A stretch of DNA of 64,000 nucleotides from Ramazzottius varieornatus (lineage: Eukaryota; Animalia; Tardigrada), in contig BDGG01000001.1 in the NCBI GenBank assembly GCA_001949185.1, forward strand, positions 2,559,324-2,623,323, read 5' to 3'. Positions 38,908 through 50,455 of the stretch are shown here, one piece after another. How positions within the stretch are numbered: the stretch's first letter is position 1; each line of letters opens with the position of its first letter. Under the pieces are notes generated by a model, which was given only the letters and a program-made list of their open reading frames with translations, had not been told where the DNA came from and searched no databases. The translations under genes were made by a program, and so were the position numbers.

Positions 38908-41374
38908 ATGCCGGACAAAACTCCCGCTGCTGTCCCTCGGGTGGCAACGCCTCCGGCAGCTGGCTCGAAGCAACCTGGAAAGTCAAGCATTGATCGAACT
39001 ATGAACAAGTTGAGCATCGACAAAATAGAAGTTAAAGGGAAGCGAGTTCTGATCCGCGTGGACTTCAACGTACCTCAGGACAAGAGTGGGAAGATTACCA
39101 GCAACCAACGGTAAGCAGGAAACGCCCAAACTGGTAGTCGGCGTTGTGTCAATGCATGTGATTTGCTCGCTGGTTTCCCTCTCGTAAAACACTCTTGTCG
39201 AGTTACTACATAATCATACATTATTCCTATGTGAGGGGATATCGAAACTGCTTCGCATGGGTGCAAGAATTTATTTCCTCGGGCACATTGATGCCGTAAA
39301 TCAGCAAGCTCACGTCCGGCGCGGAGCGTCTAATGAGCCTTACACAGTAACAAAAATCGGTAAAAATACAAAGGTACTTATCTATAGAAGCTAGAAACAA
39401 AAGTGCTGGCGGGTGGGAGAAAAATTCAAAGCAGCGTACAGCAGACATGAAAGCAAACTAAAAGTGCCAAGGTGGAAGACATTCATTTATATACTACAGA
39501 AAGGGCTAGAAGAGTGGGAGTGGCTGCTGGACGGTGGTCAGCGACAACAGATGGCATCATGGTCGGAGTTGTGTGCTAATTTTACTCAGAGTGTGCTTTG
39601 CATAATCTTATCCCTCATGCAAGCTTAAATCTTTAGAATCGTTGGTGCGTTGGAGACTATCAAGTTCGCTCTGGAGAAAGGAGCAAAAGCAGTGATTCTC
39701 ATGAGCCATCTGGGGCGTCCTGATGGGAAGGTCGACGAAAAGTATTCACTGAAGCCGGTCGCAGATGAGCTGAAAAACTTGCTGAAGAGGTATGGTGAAC
39801 CTTACTACTTTTACTGTATACAAAACAGGTAGTTTGATAGCCTTTTGTTCTTGCAGGGAGGTTGTATTCCTGAAGGATTGTGTCGGAGCGGACGTCGAGA
39901 AGGCCTGCTTAAACCCCGCTATAGGCTCTGTCATTCTGCTGGAGAACCTACGGTTCCACATCGAAGAGGAAGGCGAAGGGATCGATAAAGATGGCAAGAC
40001 CAAGATCAAGGCAGATCCCAAGAAAATGGAAGAATTTCAAGCTGCTCTTTCCAAGTTGGGAGATGTCTATGTGAACGATGCATTCGGCACCGTTCACCGC
40101 GCGCACAGGTAGGTCCGACGAAGCTTATTTTGATAATGGTCGTTTATGTTTACGTTAAAACCTTTCTTTGATGACTCTTCATCCTTGCAGCTCAATGACT
40201 GGAATCAAGCTTCCCATCCGATGCTCGGGATTTCTGATGAAAAAAGAACTCGAGGCGTTCGCGAAGATCTTGGACAAGCCAGATCGACCCGTTCTGGCCA
40301 TTCTTGGCGGGTGAACATCATAGTGTTGTGCCGGTAGTCGGTACTTTACTTATGCAGTCCTGCGGCTGAATTCCTGGCGCTAAAATTATAGCTTTTTGAG
40401 CCTTATTTCAGAGCAAAGGTGAAGGACAAGATCAAGTTGATAGAAAATATGCTGGACAAAGTTAACGACTTGATCATCGGCGGTGGCATGGCTTTCACCT
40501 TCTTGAAAATGGTGAACAAAATGGAGGTATGGTGGCGCCATTTTCATGCGGCTATCTGATAAAATTACAAGGAACGACGAGGTTGTAATTGCTCTTAGAT
40601 CGGGAACTCTTTGTTTGATGAAGAGGGCGCCAAGCTGGTACCCAAGTTGATGGAGAAAGCAGAGAAAAACAAGGTGAAGGTTCATCTGCCTGTTGACTTT
40701 GTCACTGGGGACAAGTTTGACGAGAAAGCTGCAGTTGGTCAAGCTAGTGTTCAAGCTGGTATTCCAGCGGGATGGATGGGTGCGTACAGGGCGTTGTTTC
40801 AACGATGCAAACGTTGTACCAAAATGCCAGGCTTCCGTGATCTTCGAGATTATGTCTTATTTCCAGGGATGGACGTCGGGGTTCAGTCTATCGTCAAGTT
40901 CACCCAGCCTATTCAATCTGCTAAGACCATCTTATGGAACGGGTAAATAGTACAACTTTTTACGAACAGTTATGACGGCATCTGTGGGTCTCTCATATAG
41001 GCCGGTCGGCGTTTTCGAATGGGAGCATTTCCAAGCCGGTACCAAGTCCATCATGGATTTGATCGTGGATCAAACAAAGAAAGGCGTAACGACCGTCGTT
41101 GGTGGCGGAGACACCGCCACTGCTTGCGCCAGATTCGAAGCCGAGACCAAGGTTTCCCACTGCAGTACGGGCGGAGGAGCCAGCCTGGAGCTCCTCGAAG
41201 GTTCGTCAACCCGAAATTCGCACACTTAGTTGGCTCAACTCCCTGATGAGATTTTTTTTGCGTATGGAAATCATGCGGAAATTACTTTGGCATATTTGGT
41301 GTTTTTCCGCAGGCAAAACTCTTCCTGGAGTCGCATATCTGAACGACGTGTCAGCTGCTTCCAATCAACGTTAA
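38908..41374 (+). CDS. PGK: Phosphoglycerate kinase, 9 exons
   Basis: [42 protein letters not shown]|[19 protein letters not shown]|KTLPG. Confidence 0.97.
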
Positions 41375-41909
41375 CAGCGCGAGGCGGCGGTCAATGTGAC
41401 CTCATCCGGCTCTTCAGGAAGGCGCCCATGCAGCCTGGTTTCTGTAGTTTATCTTAACGCTCTCGCGCAGTGTAAACGGTTCAAGTTTTCCTGGCTTAGT
41501 GGCAACCTGCTTTCGACACGCTCATCCGGGCGCAATGATTTGATGACTTGTTGACGCAATCGGGTTTCACGGTGGTGTGTCTGCTCGACCCTGGAGGTTT
41601 TCGACGATCGAGGAACGCCATCGTAACTTTTGTCCATTAGCTATCTGGGCCCACGCGCAATTAAGTACGGGAATAACACCAGTTGGTGAAACTGTAGGCG
41701 GAAGGAAGTAGGTTGTTTTCCATACGTATGGGGAAATTGTTAGGGCGAAAGTGCTTCCCAAAAACAGTGGTCACGCTTGGTTTCCTGTCACCTCAATTTT
41801 CAGCGAGTGGGTGTCACATGCGTCTACATCTGGGAAGAAGCCGCACAATAATGATGGAGCTTCATTTTAGCAGATAGTTCGCCAGTCGGCAAACGAATTG
41901 AGCATCACC

Positions 41910-41972
41910 GCTATCTCAAGTGGCGCAATTTTCCATTGTCAGTTTTCGGAAATGTGCGCCCTTTGGGACAAC
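41910..41972. mobile_element. Palindromic mini-element copy F (intergenic)
   Basis: gctatctcaagtggcgca...tgcgccctttgggacaac. Confidence 0.6.
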
Positions 41973-42739
41973 AATCATGCACAAGTGATTTGCCGGCGTC
42001 TCGTTTATTGCACCTATGGACAAACTTTAAAGAAACGATGTTTTCTGTGTGTCTTTGTGCGTTTATTTTTGAGTTTGATCTCCCGGCCGTATTCAAACAC
42101 TGCAGCATGATTTTAAGTGAGATATTGCACGTGCGTCTAATCACAGAGGCCTTGATGGACGAGGATGTTTGAAAACATTCATCAGTATTCCTTGTGCGAT
42201 GAGTACCCGTGCTAAGGCCAGCCGAGGAGCCAGCCTCCCTTGTGTCCGGAAATTTGTCAGATGCCATTTTGTCATATGAAGTCTCGTGCCACTTTCGCTA
42301 ATCTCAGGGAAACGAGATACCCCTGTCACTTAGGCCGAATCCTTTTGGAATCCCTTGCTGGTCGCTCTTCTCTTCTTACACGGAGGAACTGTATCGTGTC
42401 CCGGCCGAACACTAGTTGGGCGTCATGTGTTTATGTCAGTGATCATGCCTGATGTGATTAGACTCAATTTCCTCCAAGCTCTTCTCGTTACAGACGGCGA
42501 ACCCTTGATCCATCCTTGTCAATTTTTTCGAAGCCGGTTTACATTACCATGTCGAAAAAAATAAACGTCACTTAATTGTCTACAGTATTCATGGGAATGA
42601 CTTAGACAGGCATGGTTCCGTAGGAAGACCTTACAGGCAGATCCACATCGACGCAGCAGAGAGCCAGAGGCTGATTTCTACAGTAGATTCATGTCCAGAA
42701 AAAGTGAGAAGAGCATGCGCGTTCTGGACCTGCGATCTC

Positions 42740-45145
42740 TCAAAGCGCGACAGCGTACTCGCCGGTGAAGAGATCGCGACCGTGGAGAGGTATTCCGAAG
42801 ACACTCATTCTCTTTTCCTCTGGGGGCATGTGAATGTAGTGAGTTTCGTTTTCGGTCTTGGAATGCTCGGTGATGCGAGGTTCCTGGTCTTCGTTGTCGC
42901 TGGCTCTGCTGGCAGTTCGAGACAGCTTAGGACGCAGCGACCATTTCCACCCGTCCTTGCAGCGCACGTACTTTCTCAAGCTAAAGTAGAGATAAATCCA
43001 AGGATTTGTGCAGCTGTTGAGATTAGCCATCAGCAGCAATATGACAAAGGCTGATTTATTCAACGAGCCGCTGTCAGGAAAGAATGTCGTCCATAACAGG
43101 GAGAAGATGAACGGCGACCAGCAGATTATGTATGTCGCAACAACCACCGCCGTTAATTTCACTACGAAAAATAAAAATATACACTAGTATCTTTTATCTA
43201 AACTGAGTTTATTATGCTCTCTGAGTTTATGCAGTGTCGTTATTGTTCCGCTGTTAACCCATCGTTGCCGATTTCTACAAGGCTGTAACAGAATCTTTTT
43301 CTGGAAGACACCGTCGTGAAGGGCATTAGTCTGCGCGCTTGAAAAGCTGAGGTAATATTTGGAAGCCAAGATCACGGGTAAGTCCCACTTGCTTGGCGTT
43401 AAGATCTCACACTTCGTTAATCTTAGGAACTCTCAGTGAGCCTTGCCTTCAGTCGATTAGAGACTTCCTCGATCGCTACTTTCAATTTAGGTAATTACGG
43501 ATAAAAAGTGAAGGACCTGCTGACATACTGCAGGTACTTTAGTTGGATTTATATATGGATTCGCTTAAAGAGCAACGCTATCGGCTGTCGCGTACCTGTT
43601 AATAATTTGGTTCTATTGTAAACACGTCGATAGGTGGACTGAGTGGTTCGTGATCTTCGTATCGACTGCGATCCGCTATGGATTACCGACTGCACACACG
43701 ATCGATTGACAATCTTGGTCCTTCCATCCGGCTTGATCTTCAAGGTTCCATTCTCCTTCAGACGGATAACTTTCCATACTGTGCGTGTCACCTAATGGAA
43801 GGATTACGCCCATCAGATACCGAAAATTGTGCAAACAAGGAGGCAAAAAGCGATATAAAATATGGAATGCAGGAAAATAATTTGAACCCAGTTGTTTCCT
43901 CATGTGGCGCATTCTTGCAGCCAATACAACGAAAGCATGCGCCACTTGAGATAACTATCTGGACTACGTTATTTGCTCACCCCAAGCTATTATGAAGCTG
44001 CTTATGTTTTCGAGGGGATGATCGTTTGCGTAACGGAAGTAATCACTGACCTGGCTGTAGGTGATAGTAAGGATAACAAGCGGGATCAAGTAGATGCTGA
44101 ACGCGAACCACGTCACGTACAATTTAGATCCCCATGGCTCGATGAAAGATGCCCAGCAGTCTTCGATGCCGGGCAGGATTTCTCTTTGGGAAAACACAAA
44201 GATTTGCGGAAGTGAGCACAGTGCTGACAAGATCCAAGCTGTGCAAATCATGATTGTGCAACGCCGAGCCCGCCAGCTGTAGGCATTCAGCGGGTAGACA
44301 ATAGCATAGTGGCGATCGAAAGCCATCATCACCTGTTGAGATGACAAACATTCTGAATAATTTTCGTAGTGGAAAGAAGCAGTTTGTAGAAGTTCGCCGA
44401 GGTTAATTACCAGTATCCATGCCGAGAGGTACATGGAGAAAACTTGAAAGAACTTTACACTCTTGCACAGGAAGTCATTGCCTTGGAACCGCCATGTTAT
44501 GTCCCATATCATCTGGGGAAGAATATTCAAGAAGGCTACCAGCAAGTCGGCAATGGACAGATGCAGAATGAAATAGTACATCCGGTTGATTTTCTGCTTC
44601 CGTAATAACAAGGTCATCAACACAGCGGAGTTCCCAAGTAGTGCCACAGCAAAGGTCACTCCGCCCACCAGCACTTCCACCTGCAAAATATAATCTTGTA
44701 AAATAAAGAGGGCGTTGATCAACTGTTTATGGGATCTGGGTAGATCACTAGGACCAGATCGGTTTTCAAGTTAATGGCGCACACTTGCAGCCGATAATAA
44801 TGTAATCGTGCGCCACCTGACATAACGATTCAATTTCCAGTCGCCCACGCCCATTATGCATTCAGGGAAAAGCTGATTTCGATTATCTGTACGGAGTTGT
44901 TTAAGACGGGAAAGTGGTGGCTAATTAAGCAAGTTGCACTAGCTAATAAAGTCAGTGACGGATGTTGGATGACATCAATTATGACCAGTAAAGTCACATA
45001 GAATTAGAGCACTTACCCTTGCCAAGTCCTCATCCCGCGTAGTCCACGCCTCATTATTCTCGACGTTTATCGCAGCTGCTGAAGCATTCTTCTCAATGTT
45101 TATACTATTCATGATTGAAGTGAGAGAGCCATTGTCAAACAGCAT
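42740..45145 (-). CDS. Oxytocin/vasopressin-type (inotocin-like) neuropeptide GPCR, 5 exons
   Basis: RDEDLAR|VEV, HLSIADLLVAFLNILPQMIWDITWRFQGNDFLCK, DRH, DCWASFIEPWG, KLLT|VKLTAVVVATYIICWSPF, LNSCTNPWIY. Confidence 0.92.
43888..43962. mobile_element. Palindromic mini-element copy G, in a receptor intron
   Basis: ccagttgtttcctcatgtggcgcat...atgcgccacttgagataactatctgg. Confidence 0.7.
44754..44829. mobile_element. Palindromic mini-element copy H, in receptor intron 1
   Basis: ccagatcggttttcaagttaatggcgcac...gtgcgccacctgacataacgat. Confidence 0.6.
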
Positions 45146-46778
45146 TTTCGCTAGAGTATAAACACTACAGATGAAAATGATCGGGAATCCAAATATGCAA
45201 CGGAAGTCACGCCAGCGCGGTTATGTTGAAAGCCCAAGCAATCTGCGCGGCGTCGAGCACTTAATTGCTTTTTCACGCCAGGGCTTGGATCCAGATGACA
45301 ATCATCGGCGAATATGATCTACCAACAGCCTCATCTGAGGAAATACGAAGCAGATGACTACTACCGGTTAGCGTGACCACCATGTTACACCCCCTTCAAA
45401 ACATCCACCGGTGTTCCCTTCATCTGTTTCAGGACTACAAAAAGAGTGGCGTGTTACAACGCTGGCGTGGAAGTTAAACCGAGAAGAAAATTCTGAATGG
45501 AGCAGATGGTCGTCGAACCAAACAGTCGAACCGGAAGTGGGATCCTTCTGGTCGAGTTCCTCAACTTTGAATGTGCGCAAGTTTGCAGGCCATATGATGG
45601 AAGATGAAGGAGAATGAGACAAGGAAGTAATGAGTGGCGCACAAGTTGTCACTTTGTGAGTAACGTAAAGCCAATCAGTATCGTCCCACGCAGCTGGGAA
45701 TACCAAGCTGTCGTCAAGATCGTCCAGTAATTACAGGTCAGGTTTTAAAGAACACGGAGATCATACCAACAACACTCGAAGTTGTATGAAGTCTTCGCTT
45801 CAAGTCCTCTTCGAACACGTTGGGAACTGTGCATGCATCAATGGATGGATAGGCAAGTAACGCAAAAGGAAGTGAAGTCCAGTCAATAGTTGGCTGATCG
45901 ATGCCGGCAAAAAGAATCTTATTGCACTTCGTTTCTTAGCGCAGCGTGATGGTGCGAAAAGCCAATAATACATTAGAAACTCATCCATTAATGACGCCAG
46001 GAGGTTAAGGAACAAATTGGTGACATTCCACTGACCAATAAATCTCTAAAGTGCAATTTGTGTAATCACGAAACAATTGACTTGAGAAGCTTCCCTTGAT
46101 TATCCATCAAGGCATCGATAGAAAGAATTATCCGAAATCGACCGCGCATGCCCACCTCGCTACAAACCACGGACTTCCTAGTACCATCGGCACGCGTGTG
46201 GATGAACTTCATCCAACTTCCTCAACTCCACGTCAAACTTTTCGGTGTCCCATCAAGCTAATCAAAATGGATTAATGTATACTCCATAACTCGATTGGGC
46301 CGCTTCCTCTCAATCATCTACCCAAAGTCTTAGATGGGTTCTGCATGTTGGTTATAAGAAATGGGCGGATGTCGATACGGGGTCATGGCGTCCCGTTGCC
46401 CAATAAGCACGACTTACGTACTTTGCACACTAGTATCGTAAATATGAGAAGGCTTATTCCCGGCCGGACTTGGCAGAAGCAGGATCCAACAATAATAACG
46501 TAGCAGACGACCCGGCGACCATCAGCATTCCATAAGGTCCAGACAGCGCTTGTCAGCTGCACTCACAACAGTTCACTCCTCATTCAACGATCCTGAGACC
46601 GTGCGACGGAACATACTCCCGGTGACTGTACGATGGAACGCAGGGCTTCACTCTTTGATGCAAATCCACACTCTAAGATCACATTCCAGTTCGGTACTTG
46701 TTGCGTGTTGACTGTAGTTATATACTGGGTTCTTACAATTATCACACTAGACCGAAAAAGATTCGTGAGGCAGATCAA

Positions 46779-46865
46779 TTGAACCAGATCGTTATTTGCA
46801 GTGGCGCACGCTTACGTTGTTTTTGGCTGGAAGAATGAGCCAGTCGGAAACACAATCTGGTTCAA
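46779..46865. mobile_element. Palindromic mini-element copy I (longest; defines outer termini)
   Basis: ttgaaccagatcgttatttgcagtggcgcac...gagccagtcggaaacacaatctggttcaa. Confidence 0.7.
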
Positions 46866-48135
46866 ATCGTTAGAGCGAGCCTAATTTATGTTTTACGAAC
46901 GCAAATTCGAGAATCGAAGGAAGGCTGAGGTTCTTTCAGAAAATGGAAGGGCGTTGTGAAAGACTCAAGATGGGTTCGGCGAGGGCGCAAGTTGGATGCA
47001 GCTGGGTAAGCACGCACGCGACACGGGATGTCAACTTCGATGTCTCAAGCGACCGGAGGAGAAAAGAAACGATGCGATCTACGCATATGTGAACACCTAC
47101 AGGAACAAAGTAGCTGGCATTATTACACTTGATCAATGGTCATGCATACTTTACGATATACTGGAGAGCATCTCAAGTGGACATGGTGATGTGTCAAGAA
47201 GAAATATAGCACGTCAAGAAGGATTTTAGAGTAGCTCTTTCTTACTTTGGAATATTTATTGGATATTGATTATTGGTGACAGCTTCTTTCCGTCGTTTCC
47301 TTACGGACGTTTCGTCCCCCAAACCAATTGCAAGGCATTTCAAGCGTGTAACCGTCTGTCGGAGGTTCCCCGGTCAAACCGGAAGGTCGGCACTCAGTAT
47401 GAGGTAAGACGTCAGGGAAGAATGCAAAGCAGATGTTTCTGGCCGACAACAACGCCCATATGTCATCGCACGCATGTTGCCTTCAACCTTCGCAGGAAGG
47501 CTCTCTCAAAAGAAAGTGCACTTCCTGGTTCGTGACTACCAAACTATTTATGGCGCCAAATCGTCTTCTTGTAGAATTGCGGGAGGTTCCTGGGCCTTCT
47601 TCTCGTGTAACTTTCATTTCCGGCTGTGAATATTCGTGGTAAATAGACTGGCCTACGTCGTAGCCTGCAGGCTGAATATCTGTTGGGGCGTACCTGCAGT
47701 ATGCGGAGACTCTTTAAAGCGGAGACCTGGCCGGGCTATGAGACGGATATGAACCCCTCGGAATTCCAGGAACCTAAAGGTAAGTCACTTGACTCATCAG
47801 TAACTCACCTTTGGGGTTCAGCAGCTCAACAATAGGAAAACTTAATCAACAGCTTGGAAATTTTGCCCATGGTGGACATAATCGTCCGCAATATTATGCA
47901 AAATTTATGGCCCTACCACTGGAACTTCCTTCTTCCGGAAGTTCCTCTTGATCGTAATCACCAGCAATGTAGAATCAGATTTAGATGCGCCCGTTTGTTA
48001 TCTGCGCACAGAGTGCGTTTCTTTCAATGTGTTTTCAGAACGCGTCATAAGAACCTTGTATCGTTTCGTAACGAAGACGTCTATTGTGAGTATCTGGATC
48101 TCGCTTTACTGATAATTTCATCATTCTTTACGAAC

Positions 48136-48866
48136 ATGGGGTGTCGGCGCTCCTTGGTTTCGGGGATTTTTAGTGCGCTCCTCACAATAGGCTTGGTCAA
48201 TAGCTCACCACTTCGACCTGTCCGTCAAGCTGGCTCCGAATCCCATGGACATACGGTGAGGTCGTTCGCCTGCTTCTGCTTTCTACTTTATAATAAAATC
48301 TCAACCTTTAGGCGGATCCGACTTCCGACGCAGCGAAGCAAGAAGCTCAAGCAGCCAGTGGCGCCACCAGCGGAGGAAGATCTGGATCGGTACTCAATCC
48401 CGACACACCGAAAACAAAACGTGATCTCAAGACCAGCGGGATCGGCGGCTCCCCCTCACCCACTACATCAGACAATTCCGGATCCGGGCTGGTGACTGGC
48501 TATGCCATGGACCCTTCCAGATCACCGGGAGTAACCGGCTCCGATGTGGGTTACAAGACTGGCACTGCTGCCGATCTTCAGGGTTCCGTTGGAGTCCACA
48601 CCATGATGGGGACGTCCGTAGGTGGCTCGCACAACTCCGACGTCGCTGGTAAGGCAAGTATGGCCGCTGGAGACAGCGGTAACACTTCCGCGGCCGCGGC
48701 GAATGGTTCCTCGGGACAGATTGGGGCCCTGGACTCTTCGAGAAGTAACAATACTGGGGACATCGTGGGACATGGAAAGTCTAATAGCGTGGGTTCTGCA
48801 AACCAGAGCGGAACTTCCGGCACAGGCTTACGAATGGCAACTGGCAAGATCGGTGGCCAAGGCTAA
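48136..48866 (+). CDS. Secreted G/S/A-rich disordered proprotein A (2 exons)
   Basis: Exons 48136-48255 and 48312-48866 (phase 0). Signal peptide MGCRRSLVSGIFSALLTIGLVNS, then SPLRPVR|QAG, internal PKTKR|DL, ends ...KIGGQG*. Confidence 0.75.
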
Positions 48867-49125
48867 CGTGTACGATTAGTGATTTCCAGAAGAAGCCAGA
48901 CATCCTCAAGTACGTGCATACAACTACCTAGCCAAGTAGTAGAGAAGTTTCATTTCACTGTCTTGTATACTTTGACGTCCATTCTATTGGGAAAGTTACT
49001 TTTAAATGCAGATAAACGAGACATGGAATTAATTGTATGATCTGATCGAAGAACCCTACAACATAATGTCTAATCTACAGCGAAATTTCCGGCCAGTTTC
49101 CCACACGCTAGGACAGCAAAGGCTC

Positions 49126-50131
49126 CTATCCTTCTCTGGGGGGAAAGTTGGAGCTAGACTTGGAGACATCACCAGATTTGAAAAAATTCTCTTGAGCGCT
49201 CAGCTTGCTATCAGGGTCCTTGTTATGTTCATGGGTGGCATCTGCGGAGCCATGATGGGTGTTTCCGCCGACAGCGGAAGAGCTTCCTACAGGTCCGCTG
49301 TGGTTGGCCACGTCACGCTTCGTCTTGACACCAACTGGGGAACCAGCGATAGTCTGCGAACTCAAGCCAGCTGAACTGCTAGCCGTCAAGTCGGTCGAGT
49401 GCTTAGTGTCTTGGGTTGCCCCTGGAGCATGAACAGAAGATCCACCAGGTCCGCCTGTTTGTTCGGCCTTGTTAGCGTTTCCTGGGTGGGTGTTGGTTTT
49501 CTGGGCGTCACCCGAAGATCCCATATGGTGGGGATCTTGGCTTAGTTTGGCAACGACCTCTGAAGGTTTGTCTGGTTGATCGGCCTGAGGGTGATCAGGG
49601 TTGTCTTCAGCTTCACGGACCTTCATCGCAGGGGAGTCGGCTGCGTGCGTGGCGTCGGTCTTCTGCACATTGAGCAAGGTTTGTGTTATACGGTCAATTG
49701 TTTTTCTTGGGGACTCATTAGGCTTGATTCCCAAAAAACGGTCAAATACCTGCTGGGCGGATTCAGAAGACGCGCCCGGTTGATCGGCCTGGGGATGATC
49801 CGGGTCATGTTCAGCTTCGCGGACTTTCATCGCAGGGGAATCAGTCGAGTCGGCGCTGGTCTGGTGATGAGATTTATCGTCCTAAAAATTGACCGAGCTG
49901 TTATCCGACGTATTTTTTATCGGAGAATTTCTGCGAATTCTGTAGATTTGTCCAGGGAAATACTTTGGCTATAATACGGTTACAAACAGCTCTTACGTCG
50001 ATTGTGGTGACGATGGCCGTCGCTTCGTTTGCTCCAGCTGCAGACTGACGCACTTGCCTCTCAAAGGGAGCTCCTACTACAGCTCCCACGAAAACAACAC
50101 ACAGCCATGTATAAACTACTAAGCGGTACAT
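49126..50131 (-). CDS. Secreted D/H/S-rich disordered proprotein B with internal repeat (2 exons)
   Basis: Exons 50131-49997 and 49881-49126 (phase 0). Signal peptide MYRLVVYTWLCVVFVGAVVG, then APFERQVR|QSA, two copies of DSPAMKVREAE..PDHPQADQP, VKTKR|DV, ends ...FPPREG*. Confidence 0.8.
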
Positions 50132-50455
50132 TTTTACAATTGAAGGAAGAAAGAGCTTCTGTGAAAAAAGAGCTTCAGATAGAGCTAATAAGTAGAATAT
50201 CCATAAACTGTGAAAAGAATTTACCAACTTCTATAAACGCCCCACGCCCATGTAGCAGAACACAAAACAGCTTTCAGTCTTGATCATGGACGGTAAAAAA
50301 TCAGATTAGCTATCTGGAAGAAACAGGAAGCAAATAACGAGATCATTAGTACGATTAGCACCGTAGTGTATTTTGGACAAAACCCACAGCCGAGTCAGTC
50401 GTTGTCTATGACGACTTTAGGTCAGCTTGGAAGTCTACCCAAAGGTCCAGAGAGC

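Noticed and set aside
45150-48100. Several 60-110 aa ORFs between the GPCR and proprotein A
   Set aside because: No coherent exon chain; likely UTR exons and promoter DNA.
48136-50131. Calling the secreted disordered proteins SAHS, Dsup, MAHS or LEA
   Set aside because: No FABP-like pattern, no LEA 11-mer or CAHS motifs, and they carry signal peptides rather than nuclear or mitochondrial signals.
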